A DNA stretch of 64,000 nt, taken from assembly GCA_964291415.2 (NCBI GenBank), contig OZ219917.1, positions 672,001 to 736,000 of the forward strand. Reading direction: 5' to 3'. This DNA is from Alphaproteobacteria bacterium. GTDB taxonomy: Bacteria > Pseudomonadota > Alphaproteobacteria > SP197. The position numbers were made by a program, and so were the translations under genes. A model generated the notes under the pieces. It was not told where the DNA came from. It was given only the letters and a program-made list of their open reading frames with translations, and did no database searches. Below are positions 39,905 through 49,473 of the stretch, piece after piece. Numbering within the stretch: position 1 is the stretch's first letter; every line of letters begins with the position of its first letter.

Positions 39905-41026
39905 ATGAAGGCCAGAGAAATCGCGAATCTCTACAAGAATGGGCAGATTTCGCGTCGTCAGTTCAACAAGCTTGCATCCGCGCTGGGTGTCGGCCTCGTG
40001 ACCGTTCCGGTGACCCGGAACGCTGCTGCTGCCGGCACACCCATTTATTTCGGCTGGGCCGGTTACGACAACGAGGGATTCATCGGTTCCTATCTCGAAA
40101 AATACGGGGCGCCGCCCGAGTACACATTCTGGGGATCGGAGGACGAGGCGTTCCAGAAAATGCGCGCCGGCGGATTCCAGCCGGACGTCATGGCTCCCTG
40201 TACCTATGAACTGTTCAAGTGGAACGATGGAGGCCTTCTCGCTCCGCTGGATCCGGAACGCCTGGTGCACCTTCCCGACATGTTCCCCAGCCTCGAGAAC
40301 ATTGAAGGATCGGTCATCAACGGTCAGCGCTTCTTGATGCCGATTGACTGGGGCAACTCCACGATCATCTATCGCCGCGATCTGGTCGGCGAGAAGTGGC
40401 GCGACGAAAACGTTTCCTGGGAGATCTTCTATACGGACGAGTTCCGCAATCGTCTGGGTTTCTACGACTCCGCCGGCGCGATTGTCGAGATTTCCGCTCT
40501 CGTGCTGGGCTACGACAACATCTTCACACTGACCGACGAACAATTGGTTGAAGTGCGCAAGATGGTTGCCATTCAGCGCGACAACATGCGGATGTACTGG
40601 GGCGATCAGACGGAAGCCGTGCAGGCGCTGGCGTCTGGTGAACTGGTCGCAAGCTACGGGTGGAACGATGCTTACGTGACCCTGAAGTCCCAGGGTTTCG
40701 ATGTCGGCCTGGGGATACCCAAGGAGGGAATCTTCACGTGGTGTTGCGGTCTGGTCATGCATTCACAAACCGAACTGGTCGACGAGTCCTACGACCTGAT
40801 CAACGCCTTCGCCAGTCCGGAAGCCGGTGCTTTCGAGATCTCGAACTGGGGCTATGGTCACGCCAACATGAAGGCGTTCGAGCTTGTTGCCGACGACGTT
40901 CTCGAGGAGCTGGGGCTTTCAACGCCCGAGAATCTTCTCAACAACGGCATCTTCTTCCAGGCCCTGGCTCCCGAGATCGAGGAAAAGTACATTCGGCTGT
41001 GGGACGAAGTGCGCGCCGGCTACTGA
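39905..41026 (+). CDS. PotD/PotF-type ABC substrate-binding protein, Tat-like signal, orphan paralogue
   Basis: ISRRQFNKL signal, FGWAGY, PIDWGNS, YGWN, PKEGIFTWCCG; paralogous to 38456-39622. Confidence 0.88.
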   Translation: MKAREIANLYKNGQISRRQFNKLASALGVGLVTVPVTRNAAAAGTPIYFGWAGYDNEGFIGSYLEKYGAPPEYTFWGSEDEAFQKMRAGGFQPDVMAPCTYELFKWNDGGLLAPLDPERLVHLPDMFPSLENIEGSVINGQRFLMPIDWGNSTIIYRRDLVGEKWRDENVSWEIFYTDEFRNRLGFYDSAGAIVEISALVLGYDNIFTLTDEQLVEVRKMVAIQRDNMRMYWGDQTEAVQALASGELVASYGWNDAYVTLKSQGFDVGLGIPKEGIFTWCCGLVMHSQTELVDESYDLINAFASPEAGAFEISNWGYGHANMKAFELVADDVLEELGLSTPENLLNNGIFFQALAPEIEEKYIRLWDEVRAGY

Positions 41027-41051
41027 CGGGATCCGCACCGCGACAATCGGG

Positions 41052-41083
41052 GTGAGCCCGGCACGCCCACGTGCCGGGCTCAC
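41052..41083 (+). terminator. GC-rich hairpin (14-bp stem)
   Basis: GTGAGCCCGGCACG-ccca-CGTGCCGGGCTCAC, 25 nt after the stop codon. Confidence 0.55.
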
Positions 41084-41581
41084 GTCACCGGCAATTCCGC
41101 GAAACCGTCCTGCACCCGGACGGCGCGGGAGCCGGTCGCTGTCATTCGCCCCGTTCACTCCTCGGGCGACGCTGCAGAGACGAGTCGACTTCGCGGCAGT
41201 GGAGCCGCTGACCGGCGTCTCTTCGACTCCTGAAGACAACAGTTGAGGCCAAGGGAGCTTTCGGCTGGCAGGTCGGCTGGAGGGTCCCGCAACCTTCAGG
41301 AAGGGAAGGCCCGGCAGGACACCAACGGCGATGGTGGAGCAGAAGGGAAGGCTGACGGCCCCGGGCGCCGGGATAAGTGAATCCGGCCCCGCAGGCCACT
41401 GCGGCACGCGTCTTCGCCAGTCCCATTGCGTTCGCCTCGGCCTGCCGGTCAACGGTCATGGCAACCCGGTCGCCCTCCGCGACCCGGAACCCGCGTTGTT
41501 CCGCGCCGAACCTTGCGGGTGATCATCCGACCCCTGATTGAATCAACACCCGAGGGAAGCCGGATCAAGGAGGATGCGGCC

Positions 41582-42358
41582 TCACTTGCCGGACGCAGGG
41601 CTTCGCGTCTGGTAGCTGTCCACGGCGGGTTGTGGTGCCTGCTCCAGCGTGACGCCGAGCTCCCTTGCGGCTCCTTCGAGAAGCAGTCGATGCATCCGGT
41701 CGATCGACATGCCCTTGTGGTGGATGAGGACGCGAATACCGAGACCGTCAGCCAGGGACACGAAGCGTGCCGCCACGTCGTCGGGCGAAGAACTGGTTGT
41801 GAATTCTCCGCTCTCGATGCCGCTTTCGATGACCGACCGGACCCGCCCTGACCAGCGCTGCCAGAGTTCCGAACCCAGGGTGGCGAATTCCGGATCCCTG
41901 TTGCACAGGGAGAAAAACTCGAGCCACAGGGAGTTGATGGCTTCGAAGGGTTCCCTTGTCAGCATGCGGCACAGGCTCTCGACATGTTGCCAGGGCGTGC
42001 TGTCGTCTTGCAGACGCGACCCGTAGGAGGCAAGGGATTCCTCGAGTTTCCACTGAAAGGTCTCACGGACAAGATTGTTACGGCTTCGAAAGTAGTGCTG
42101 GATCATTCCGACGGACACGTGGGCTTCGTCCGCGATGTCGACGAGTCGCGTGCGGTGAACGCCTCGTCTGCTGATGACTTGGCTCGCCGCTTTCAGTATT
42201 GCCCAGCGGCGCTGATTAGCGAGAGTGCCGGAGGGTTCGGGGCCGTTGTTTGCCGCGCCCTCCCGTAGTGCTGAGGTTTGCAACGCGTCTCTCTCCTGAT
42301 CGGCACCCCTCTCCCTCTCGTCGAAGGAAGGGGCACTGGCCCGTTCTATTGACGACAT
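41582..42358 (-). CDS. TetR family regulator (BetI-type C-terminal domain)
   Basis: ILKAASQVISRRGV.RTRLVDIADEAHVSVGMIQHYF HTH; LWLEF, GIESGEF, LADGLG. Confidence 0.88.
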   Translation of the reverse strand: MSSIERASAPSFDERERGADQERDALQTSALREGAANNGPEPSGTLANQRRWAILKAASQVISRRGVHRTRLVDIADEAHVSVGMIQHYFRSRNNLVRETFQWKLEESLASYGSRLQDDSTPWQHVESLCRMLTREPFEAINSLWLEFFSLCNRDPEFATLGSELWQRWSGRVRSVIESGIESGEFTTSSSPDDVAARFVSLADGLGIRVLIHHKGMSIDRMHRLLLEGAARELGVTLEQAPQPAVDSYQTRSPASGK

Positions 42359-42359
42359 A

Positions 42360-42388
42360 TCGACAGGGTTACAATATCACCATATTAT
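42360..42388 (+). promoter_or_regulatory. Candidate sigma70 promoter TCGACA-N17-TATTAT in the TetR/operon divergon
   Basis: AT-rich island in GC-rich DNA with canonical 17-nt spacing, upstream of the binding-protein gene. Confidence 0.45.
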
Positions 42389-42455
42389 TTTGAGTTCATG
42401 TGCCGGGTCGCCACTTGGCAATGTTCCCTGGCACAACACAACAGGGAGGATCGTC

Positions 42456-43613
42456 ATGTCAGATGACAGAAGTATCATCAAGACAGTCTCATCGTTCGGT
42501 TCACCCATCTCCCGGCGTCGTCTCCTTCGTGCATCGGCCCAGGCAGCCGTGGGATTGAGTGTTGTCCCGTCGCTCGCCTCGACCAGCCTTGCGGACGGAG
42601 CCGTTGGTGGTGACATCGACTATTTCTGGTACGAAGGTTACGACATGCTGGGTCTTGCACCCATGGAGGCCTGGATGGAAGAGGCCGGAGTCACGATGCG
42701 CTCTTCCTACATTTCGGCCAACGCCGACGTCATCGCCAAGCTCCGGCGTCCGGGAGGTGTGACCTGGGATCTGGTCGGAACATTCAATGGCCTTGCCCGC
42801 AGACTTGAAGATCTGGTGATTCCCATCAGTCCGGACGAGGTGCCACTCTCGCACAAGATTCATCCGACCTTTGCCGATGAACGGTTCTTCAAGGACGAGA
42901 ACGGCGACTGGATTCTTGTCCCGTTCACATGGGGCCGTTCGGTGACGAACTATCTGCCGGATCGCATCGATCCGCCGCAATCATGGTTCGATCTCCTGAA
43001 GGACGAGTACAGGGGCCATGTCGGTTGGGGTGGCGGCCCCGATGGGGGCATGGTGATCGCGGGCCGTACGCTTGGAATCGAAAGTACGCCGCTCTACAAC
43101 CGGCAGGAGTTCGACGAAGTCATGAACTTCATGCGGAAGATGCGCGATCAGGTGCCAGCGGTTGGCATGTCGTTCGGTGATGTGGCCGAACTGATGGCAT
43201 CCGGTGACATCTGGTGCACCTACAACGGTTGGGAGCCCGTATCGGCATGGGCCAACGATCGTGGAGCCAATGCGGCGAATGTCGAACCGAAAGAAGGCGG
43301 AATCGGCTGGGTCGAGGCCTTTGCGATTCCCGAGATCTCCGACAACAAGGCAACCGCTCTGGCGTTCATCAACAAGGTGCTCGAGCCTGAAGTCCAGGCG
43401 GCTATCGGCTCAAACATCCAGGTGGCGGTCGTCAACATGGATGCCGTGCCGTTGATGGATGCGAAGTCCGCCAGTCTCTACGACTACGGTGACCTCGACA
43501 ACGCGCTTGCACGCAGCCCCCTGACCCCGTGGCCGCCGGACGAAACAACCGACGAGGTTGTGGGTTATCTGGAATGGTTGAACGAATGGGCGAAACTGAA
43601 GGCAGGCGGATAA
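42456..43613 (+). CDS. PotD/PotF-type ABC substrate-binding protein, Tat-exported
   Basis: SRRRLLRAS signal, WYEGY, VPFTWG, PKEGGIGWVE; GGGAGG RBS. Confidence 0.85.
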   Translation: MSDDRSIIKTVSSFGSPISRRRLLRASAQAAVGLSVVPSLASTSLADGAVGGDIDYFWYEGYDMLGLAPMEAWMEEAGVTMRSSYISANADVIAKLRRPGGVTWDLVGTFNGLARRLEDLVIPISPDEVPLSHKIHPTFADERFFKDENGDWILVPFTWGRSVTNYLPDRIDPPQSWFDLLKDEYRGHVGWGGGPDGGMVIAGRTLGIESTPLYNRQEFDEVMNFMRKMRDQVPAVGMSFGDVAELMASGDIWCTYNGWEPVSAWANDRGANAANVEPKEGGIGWVEAFAIPEISDNKATALAFINKVLEPEVQAAIGSNIQVAVVNMDAVPLMDAKSASLYDYGDLDNALARSPLTPWPPDETTDEVVGYLEWLNEWAKLKAGG

Positions 43614-43627
43614 CTGGTTCCCCCGCT

Positions 43628-44497
43628 TTGTCCGGAGGACAGTACGGCGCGGGGAGGACCTGGGTTCTCCTCGCGCCCGGTTTCCTCGCCCTTGCGCTGA
43701 CGTTTGTTGCACCGCTCCTGTTGTTCGGGGCCTATGCCTTTGCACGCGGCGGGCTGTTTACGGTCACATGGGACTTCACTCTCGACAACTTCGTGACTGT
43801 CCTGACCGATCCCTTCGTCGGACTGCTGATTGTTCGGTCGCTCGTCACGGGATTCATCGTGGCAGGCATCTGTCTGGTGATTGCCCTTCCGCTGGCGTTC
43901 TACCTCAGGTTCCGGGCAGGCCGACTCGAGACACCGCTGTTCGTGCTGCTGGTCGTGGCCCTGTTCGTGAGCTACCTCGCCAGGATCTACGCGTGGCGGG
44001 CGCTGTTCACCTCGAGCGGCGTGTTTACGGTCTTCATCGAATCACTGGGGGTCACCGATCCTCCGCAGCTGCTCTTCACGCGCACGCTGGTGGTCATCGC
44101 CCTCGTGCACATCTATCTGCCCTTCGTCACGCTGGCGATCTACGCGACAATGCGCAATCTCCCTCGTACGGTGCTTGAAGTCGCCGAGGACCTGGGGGCA
44201 ACCGGACTCATGAGTTGGCGCCGTGTCATTCTTCCCCTGATGGCTTCGACATCGCTCGCTCCCTTCATGTTCACCCTCGGTCTCGCCGCGAGTGACTTTG
44301 CGACGCCGCAGCTTCTTGGTGGAACGAAGGGCACACTGGTCGGCGTTCTCGTGCAGCAGCAGTTTGCGGAAGCGGGCAACTTTCCGATGGGAGCCGCGAT
44401 GTCCCTTGTGCTCCTCGCCGTTTTCGTGCTGCTGTACTTTGCCTTGACGTCGCTCCTGTTCGCCACCCGGCTTCATCGTGTTTCGGTACGTCTCTAG
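43628..44497 (+). CDS. PotB-type ABC permease (start uncertain: TTG 43628 or ATG 43586)
   Basis: SYLARIYAW, YLPF, EVAEDLGA, DFATPQLLGG. Confidence 0.85.
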   Translation: MSGGQYGAGRTWVLLAPGFLALALTFVAPLLLFGAYAFARGGLFTVTWDFTLDNFVTVLTDPFVGLLIVRSLVTGFIVAGICLVIALPLAFYLRFRAGRLETPLFVLLVVALFVSYLARIYAWRALFTSSGVFTVFIESLGVTDPPQLLFTRTLVVIALVHIYLPFVTLAIYATMRNLPRTVLEVAEDLGATGLMSWRRVILPLMASTSLAPFMFTLGLAASDFATPQLLGGTKGTLVGVLVQQQFAEAGNFPMGAAMSLVLLAVFVLLYFALTSLLFATRLHRVSVRL

Positions 44498-44520
44498 GCG
44501 GTAGCGGGAGGAGGCGGGCC

Positions 44521-45357
44521 ATGGGAAGAAAGCCGGCGCTGGCAAACCGCGTTCTTGCGGGGCTGTTTGTCACGGCCGTCTTCGTGTTTCTGTTTGCACC
44601 CGTCCTGATCGTCGTTGTGTTCTCGTTCCAGGGGCCACCGAGGCTCGGACCGCCGCTCGAGGACATCGGGCTGCATTGGTACCGGAGCATGTTCAACAAC
44701 ACCGTCTACATGGACGCGTTCCAGAATACGATCGTGCTGGCAGCCGTCAGCATGGTCATTGCGCTGGTCCTCGGAACGATGACGGCGCTCGGGCTCAGGC
44801 GGGCTGGCCGCAGGCTCGGCGCGCTGGGCAACATCCTGTTCTTCATGCCGCTGGCGACACCGTCATTGTTTGTCGGTCTGGCGCTTCTCGCCTACTTCGA
44901 TACCGTGGGTGTTCCCCTGTCGCACGGGACGGTGGCGGTCGCCCATTTCCTTTGGGTCTTTCCCTACTTTCTGATCGTGGCCCGATCCGGACTGGATCGT
45001 CTCGACCCGCAGTACGAGGAAGTGGGCGCCGATCTTGGCCTGGCGCCGCTGGATCAGTTCAGGCGCATCGTGCTGCCGCTGACCTTCCCCGTCCTTATCG
45101 GCGGGGCGGTCCTGGCGTTCGCACTGTCGACGGATGAGTTTGTTCGCACGCTGTTCACCATCGGTCCGGACAGCACGATTCCCATCGTGCTGTGGGGGCA
45201 GTTCAGGAGAGGCAGCGATCCAACGGTCAACGCACTGGCCACGATTCTTCTCGTGATCAGCATCACTGCTGCCATAGGGGCCCTCGGACTCTTCGGTGCG
45301 CGATTGAACCGTTTCGCAAGGACCTCCGGACGTGGTCGCAAGAGAGGTGCTCGATGA
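44521..45357 (+). CDS. PotC-type ABC permease
   Basis: FLFAP, LHWY, EEVGADLG, FALSTDEF, DPTVNAL. Confidence 0.88.
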   Translation: MGRKPALANRVLAGLFVTAVFVFLFAPVLIVVVFSFQGPPRLGPPLEDIGLHWYRSMFNNTVYMDAFQNTIVLAAVSMVIALVLGTMTALGLRRAGRRLGALGNILFFMPLATPSLFVGLALLAYFDTVGVPLSHGTVAVAHFLWVFPYFLIVARSGLDRLDPQYEEVGADLGLAPLDQFRRIVLPLTFPVLIGGAVLAFALSTDEFVRTLFTIGPDSTIPIVLWGQFRRGSDPTVNALATILLVISITAAIGALGLFGARLNRFARTSGRGRKRGAR

Positions 45358-46427
45358 CGCAGGAACGCTCGGGGGGACGGCTCCAAGTCACGGATGTCCG
45401 CAAACGCTTCTCGGAGGTCGTGGCCCTTGACGGTGTCAGCATGGAATTCCGGGAGGGAGAGTTCGTCACCCTCCTGGGCCCCAGCGGTTGCGGCAAGACC
45501 ACACTCCTACGTATCGTCGCCGGGTTCGACTGGCCGGATGATGGCACCGTGGTGCTCGACGGTCACGACATCACCCGGCTTCCCCCCTACCATCGCCCTG
45601 TCAACACGGTCTTCCAGAAGCCGGTGCTCCTGCCTCACCTGGATGTCTTCGAGAACATCGCCTTCGGATTGCGGTCAAGGCGGATGCCCGAGGACTCGAT
45701 CCACAAGACGGTGACGGACATGCTTGAGGTCGTGCGCCTTTCCGGGTTTGAAAGGAGGCGCTCGGACGAACTCAGCGGTGGTCAGGCGCAACGCGTCAAC
45801 CTTGCCAGGGCGCTTGTCAATCAGCCCCGTGTGCTGTTGCTGGACGAACCCTTGTCGGCTCTCGATCTTCAGGTCCGCATGGAGATGCAGGCGGAACTGA
45901 AACGCATCCACAGGGAGACCGGCGTCACCTTTCTCTACGTGACTCACGACCAGCAGGAAGCGATGGCGATGTCCGATCGCATCGCTGTCATGCAGGAAGG
46001 GGCGATCCGGCAGAGCGGGACGCCGATGGACGTCTACCATGCTCCGAACTGCTACTTCGTCGCCAGTTTCGTCGGCAATGCCAACGTCCTTCCGGTGACA
46101 GTGGACAGCGATCGCGAGACCGGAAGCCGCGTACGCGTGACGGACACCGACGTCACGGTACCCGTGGACGACATCCCGGCGGACGTGCGGACCGGCTGGA
46201 TCAGCATGCGGCCCGAAACCCTCCGCCTGACACGCCCCGACGAGGCCGGGATCGCGGGCAGGGTCACCGACAGGAGCTTTCTGGGGGCGCATGTCATATG
46301 GCGTGTCGACGTCGGACCTCACGAGATCCGTGTGCAGGGAGAGGTCGGTGAGGATGAGGCGGCCCGGTCCGGCGACCTTGTCGGCATCAGGCCTGATCCC
46401 AGGTGGGTGCGGTTTCTCCAGGATTGA
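45354..46427 (+). CDS. PotA-type ABC transporter ATP-binding protein
   Basis: GPSGCGKTT, RPVNTVFQ, LSGGQAQR, LLDEPLSALD. Confidence 0.92.
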   Translation: MTQERSGGRLQVTDVRKRFSEVVALDGVSMEFREGEFVTLLGPSGCGKTTLLRIVAGFDWPDDGTVVLDGHDITRLPPYHRPVNTVFQKPVLLPHLDVFENIAFGLRSRRMPEDSIHKTVTDMLEVVRLSGFERRRSDELSGGQAQRVNLARALVNQPRVLLLDEPLSALDLQVRMEMQAELKRIHRETGVTFLYVTHDQQEAMAMSDRIAVMQEGAIRQSGTPMDVYHAPNCYFVASFVGNANVLPVTVDSDRETGSRVRVTDTDVTVPVDDIPADVRTGWISMRPETLRLTRPDEAGIAGRVTDRSFLGAHVIWRVDVGPHEIRVQGEVGEDEAARSGDLVGIRPDPRWVRFLQD

Positions 46428-46603
46428 TGCCCGGTATCCGGAGGAGCCACAGCGATGAGTCGCACACGGGAGGGATCGAGGGTCAGGCTTGCCGTGAAGG
46501 CGATCCTGTCACACCGCGTGGAAGAGGGCCGGTGACGCACGATACGGCAGGGTTGCTGCCGGGAGACACAGGATCAGCAAGCCAACCGGAGAGGACGGCC
46601 GAC

Positions 46604-47572
46604 ATGCCCGATGTTCCCACCTTGCTGGACCGATACCGTCTGATGGTGACCATGCGGGCCTTCGAGGAAGCCTGCGCTGAGGGCATTCCGACCGGCGAAC
46701 TGCGCGGCGAGCTTCATCTTGCCGATGGTCAGGAGGCGGTGGCGGCAGGAATGGTGGGCGCCCTGCGCCCAGATGACTGGATGGTGAGCACGCATCGCAG
46801 CCACCAGCACGCGATCGCCAAGGGCGTCCCCCTCGAAGCGATGATGGCCGAGATCTACGAGCGGGTGACGGGCCTGAGTCGGGGCAAGGGCGGACATGTC
46901 CATCTGTTCGACATGAAACGAAGGTTCTCGGTGACGGGGATTGTCGGATCCTCGTTGCCGGTTGCGCTTGGACACGCCTATGCGTGTCGCCTGGAGAGTT
47001 CCGGCTGCGTCGCCGTTGGAATCACGGGCGACGGGGGTACCAACACCGGGCAATTCCATGAAACGATGAACATGGCGGCCATCTGGCGGCTCCCCCTGGT
47101 CATTCTGGTTGAGAACAACCACTACGCCATCTCGGTGCCGGCCGAGGACGTGATTGCCGGAAAGGGAATCGCCGAACGCGCCGAAACCTACGGCGCGTGG
47201 GGGCGCCGTGTCGACGGTACGGACGTCGACGAGGTGGCCGTCGCGTTCGCGGAGGCTGTCGAGCATGCGCGGAGCGGCAGCGGACCGGCGCTGCTGGAGG
47301 CTGTGTGCTATCGTTTCCGCGGGCACTACGAAGGCGATATCGACCACTACCGGAAGACTGTGGCGAAACGCCGCATGCGCCATGAGGGTGACCCCCTGAC
47401 GATCGTCCGCCACCGCCTTCTTGAGCGCGGCGAGGTGGACGATGCCGAGCTTGCGGGTGTGGAAAGCGAAGCCCGGGACCGGATTCGCGACATCCTGCAG
47501 AGAGTCAGGGAGGCCCCCGGTCCGGATGCAGCGGATGCGTTCAGGGATGTCTTTGCGGAGACGGCGACATGA
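46604..47572 (+). CDS. ThDP-dependent dehydrogenase E1 alpha subunit (AcoA/PdhA-like)
   Basis: HLADGQEA, STHR, GKGGHVH, GDG..ENN ThDP motif, YRFRGH. Confidence 0.9.
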   Translation: MPDVPTLLDRYRLMVTMRAFEEACAEGIPTGELRGELHLADGQEAVAAGMVGALRPDDWMVSTHRSHQHAIAKGVPLEAMMAEIYERVTGLSRGKGGHVHLFDMKRRFSVTGIVGSSLPVALGHAYACRLESSGCVAVGITGDGGTNTGQFHETMNMAAIWRLPLVILVENNHYAISVPAEDVIAGKGIAERAETYGAWGRRVDGTDVDEVAVAFAEAVEHARSGSGPALLEAVCYRFRGHYEGDIDHYRKTVAKRRMRHEGDPLTIVRHRLLERGEVDDAELAGVESEARDRIRDILQRVREAPGPDAADAFRDVFAETAT

Positions 47573-48597
47573 GTGGGAACGGGAAACACCCACGGGCCGG
47601 GCGACAGCTGAACGTTTCCCAGCTGATTGCCGAGACGATCGGAATCGAGATGGAAAGGGATCCCGGACTCGTGTTCCTGGGAGAGGATATCGGTTACTCG
47701 GGAGGAACGTTCGGTGCCAGCCGCGACCTGTTCGAGCGCTTCGGGGAATGGCGCGTTCGTGACACGCCGATCTCCGAGATGGGGTTCGCAGGCATGGCGG
47801 TTGGCCTGGCCATGAGTGGATGGCGGCCGCTCGTCGAAATCATGTTCGTGGATTTCGTCGGTGTGTGCCTCGAGCAGATCTACAATGCCATGGCCAAGAA
47901 TCGCTACATGTCGGGAGGTCACGTCGCCATGCCGGTGACGATCCGGGCAGCGGGCGGCTGTATCGGTGTTGCGGCGCAGCACTCCCAGACCCTGTGGGGA
48001 ATGCTGGCCCATCTGCCGGGACTCAAGGTGGTGACGCCAAGCAATCCCTATGACTACCGGGGACTGCTTGCAGCATCGATCGAGTCGGAGGATCCGGTGA
48101 TCGTCATCGAGCACAAGGACGCCTACCTCCGCAAGACCACGGAGTTTCCGCTTGGCACCGAAATCCCGCGTGGACGCTACACCGTCGCGCTTGGCAAGGC
48201 GCATGTCGTTCGCCGGGGCGGAGACCTGACACTTGCCACGCTGAGCACCATGGTCGAGAAGAGTCTTGCTGCTGCTGACATCCTGCATGCCGAGGGAATC
48301 GGCGTCGAGGTTATCGACCTGCGTTCCGTCGTGCCGCTCGACGACGCCACAGTCACCGACTCCGTTGCCAGGACCGGCCGGCTGCTTGTCGTGGACGAGG
48401 ATTACCTGAGTTTCGGTTTGTCCGGCGAGCTTGTGGCACGTGTCGTCGAGAACCTCGGACCGTCCGCGGTCAAGAGAGTGTCCCGCCTCGCGAACCCCGA
48501 CCTGCCGATCCCGGCGGCCCTTTCCCTCGAGCGGGAGGTCATCCCGAACGAGAACAGGATCCTCTCGGCGGCCAGGGCGATTGTCGGGAGCGGATGA
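47569..48597 (+). CDS. ThDP-dependent dehydrogenase E1 beta subunit (AcoB/PdhB-like)
   Basis: GEDIG, DTPISE, EIMFVDF, AAQHSQ, EVIDLRSVVPLD. Confidence 0.9.
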   Translation: MSGNGKHPRAGRQLNVSQLIAETIGIEMERDPGLVFLGEDIGYSGGTFGASRDLFERFGEWRVRDTPISEMGFAGMAVGLAMSGWRPLVEIMFVDFVGVCLEQIYNAMAKNRYMSGGHVAMPVTIRAAGGCIGVAAQHSQTLWGMLAHLPGLKVVTPSNPYDYRGLLAASIESEDPVIVIEHKDAYLRKTTEFPLGTEIPRGRYTVALGKAHVVRRGGDLTLATLSTMVEKSLAAADILHAEGIGVEVIDLRSVVPLDDATVTDSVARTGRLLVVDEDYLSFGLSGELVARVVENLGPSAVKRVSRLANPDLPIPAALSLEREVIPNENRILSAARAIVGSG

Positions 48598-48689
48598 CAC
48601 ATGGCACGCTCGGCAACCATCATGCAGACCGTTCCCGGAAGGCTGTGCACGTCGGGCGTTCCCATCGGTGTAACCCCACGTGGCCGATC

Positions 48690-49445
48690 ATGACGCTTGC
48701 CGGAAAGACAGTCATCGTCACAGGCGCGAGGAGCGGTATCGGTTTCGCCGCGGCGCAGCGGTTCGCTGCGGACGGTGCGACGGTCATCATGGCGGATGTC
48801 AGGGATGCCAGCGAAGAAGCCGCACAACTCGCTGAAGCTGGAGGCGACGTGCGGTTCGTGCGTACGGATGTCAGCCGGGAGGCGGAAGTCCAGGCTCTGA
48901 TCGATGGAGTCGTGTCTCGTGACGGCGGGGTGGATGTCCTTGTCAACAACGCCGGCATCGTTCTGGCGCGGACCGTCCCGGACACGACCCTGGACGAATG
49001 GGACCGGCTCCTGGATGTCAACCTCAAGGGTGTCTTCCTGTGTTCCAGGGCGGCGATCCCGGTGATGCGACGACGGCACTGCGGAGTGATCGTCAACGTG
49101 GCGTCGGAGCAGGGACTGGTCGGCGCCGCCACGAACGCGGTCTATACGGCAACGAAAGGCGGCATCATCCAGCTCACGAAGTCGATGGCCATCGATCACG
49201 GACAGGAGGGGATCCGGATCAACTGTGTGGCGCCCGGGCCGGTGAAGACACCCATGTTCGACACGTTCGTGGCAAGTGTCGAGGACCCGGAGGCGGAGGT
49301 CCGGGGGTTTCTTGACGGCACGATCCTGAAACGCCTCGGCCGTCCGGAGGAGATCGCGAGCGTCATCGCGTTTCTGGCATCGGACGAGTCGTCCTACATG
49401 ACGGGATCTGTCGTCGTCGTGGATGGCGGGCTGACCGCAATGTGA
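48690..49445 (+). CDS. Short-chain dehydrogenase/reductase
   Basis: TGARSGIG, NNAG, YTATK, VDGG. Confidence 0.92.
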   Translation: MTLAGKTVIVTGARSGIGFAAAQRFAADGATVIMADVRDASEEAAQLAEAGGDVRFVRTDVSREAEVQALIDGVVSRDGGVDVLVNNAGIVLARTVPDTTLDEWDRLLDVNLKGVFLCSRAAIPVMRRRHCGVIVNVASEQGLVGAATNAVYTATKGGIIQLTKSMAIDHGQEGIRINCVAPGPVKTPMFDTFVASVEDPEAEVRGFLDGTILKRLGRPEEIASVIAFLASDESSYMTGSVVVVDGGLTAM

Positions 49446-49473
49446 CCCCTGAACGAGCACGGGACAGGAAACG

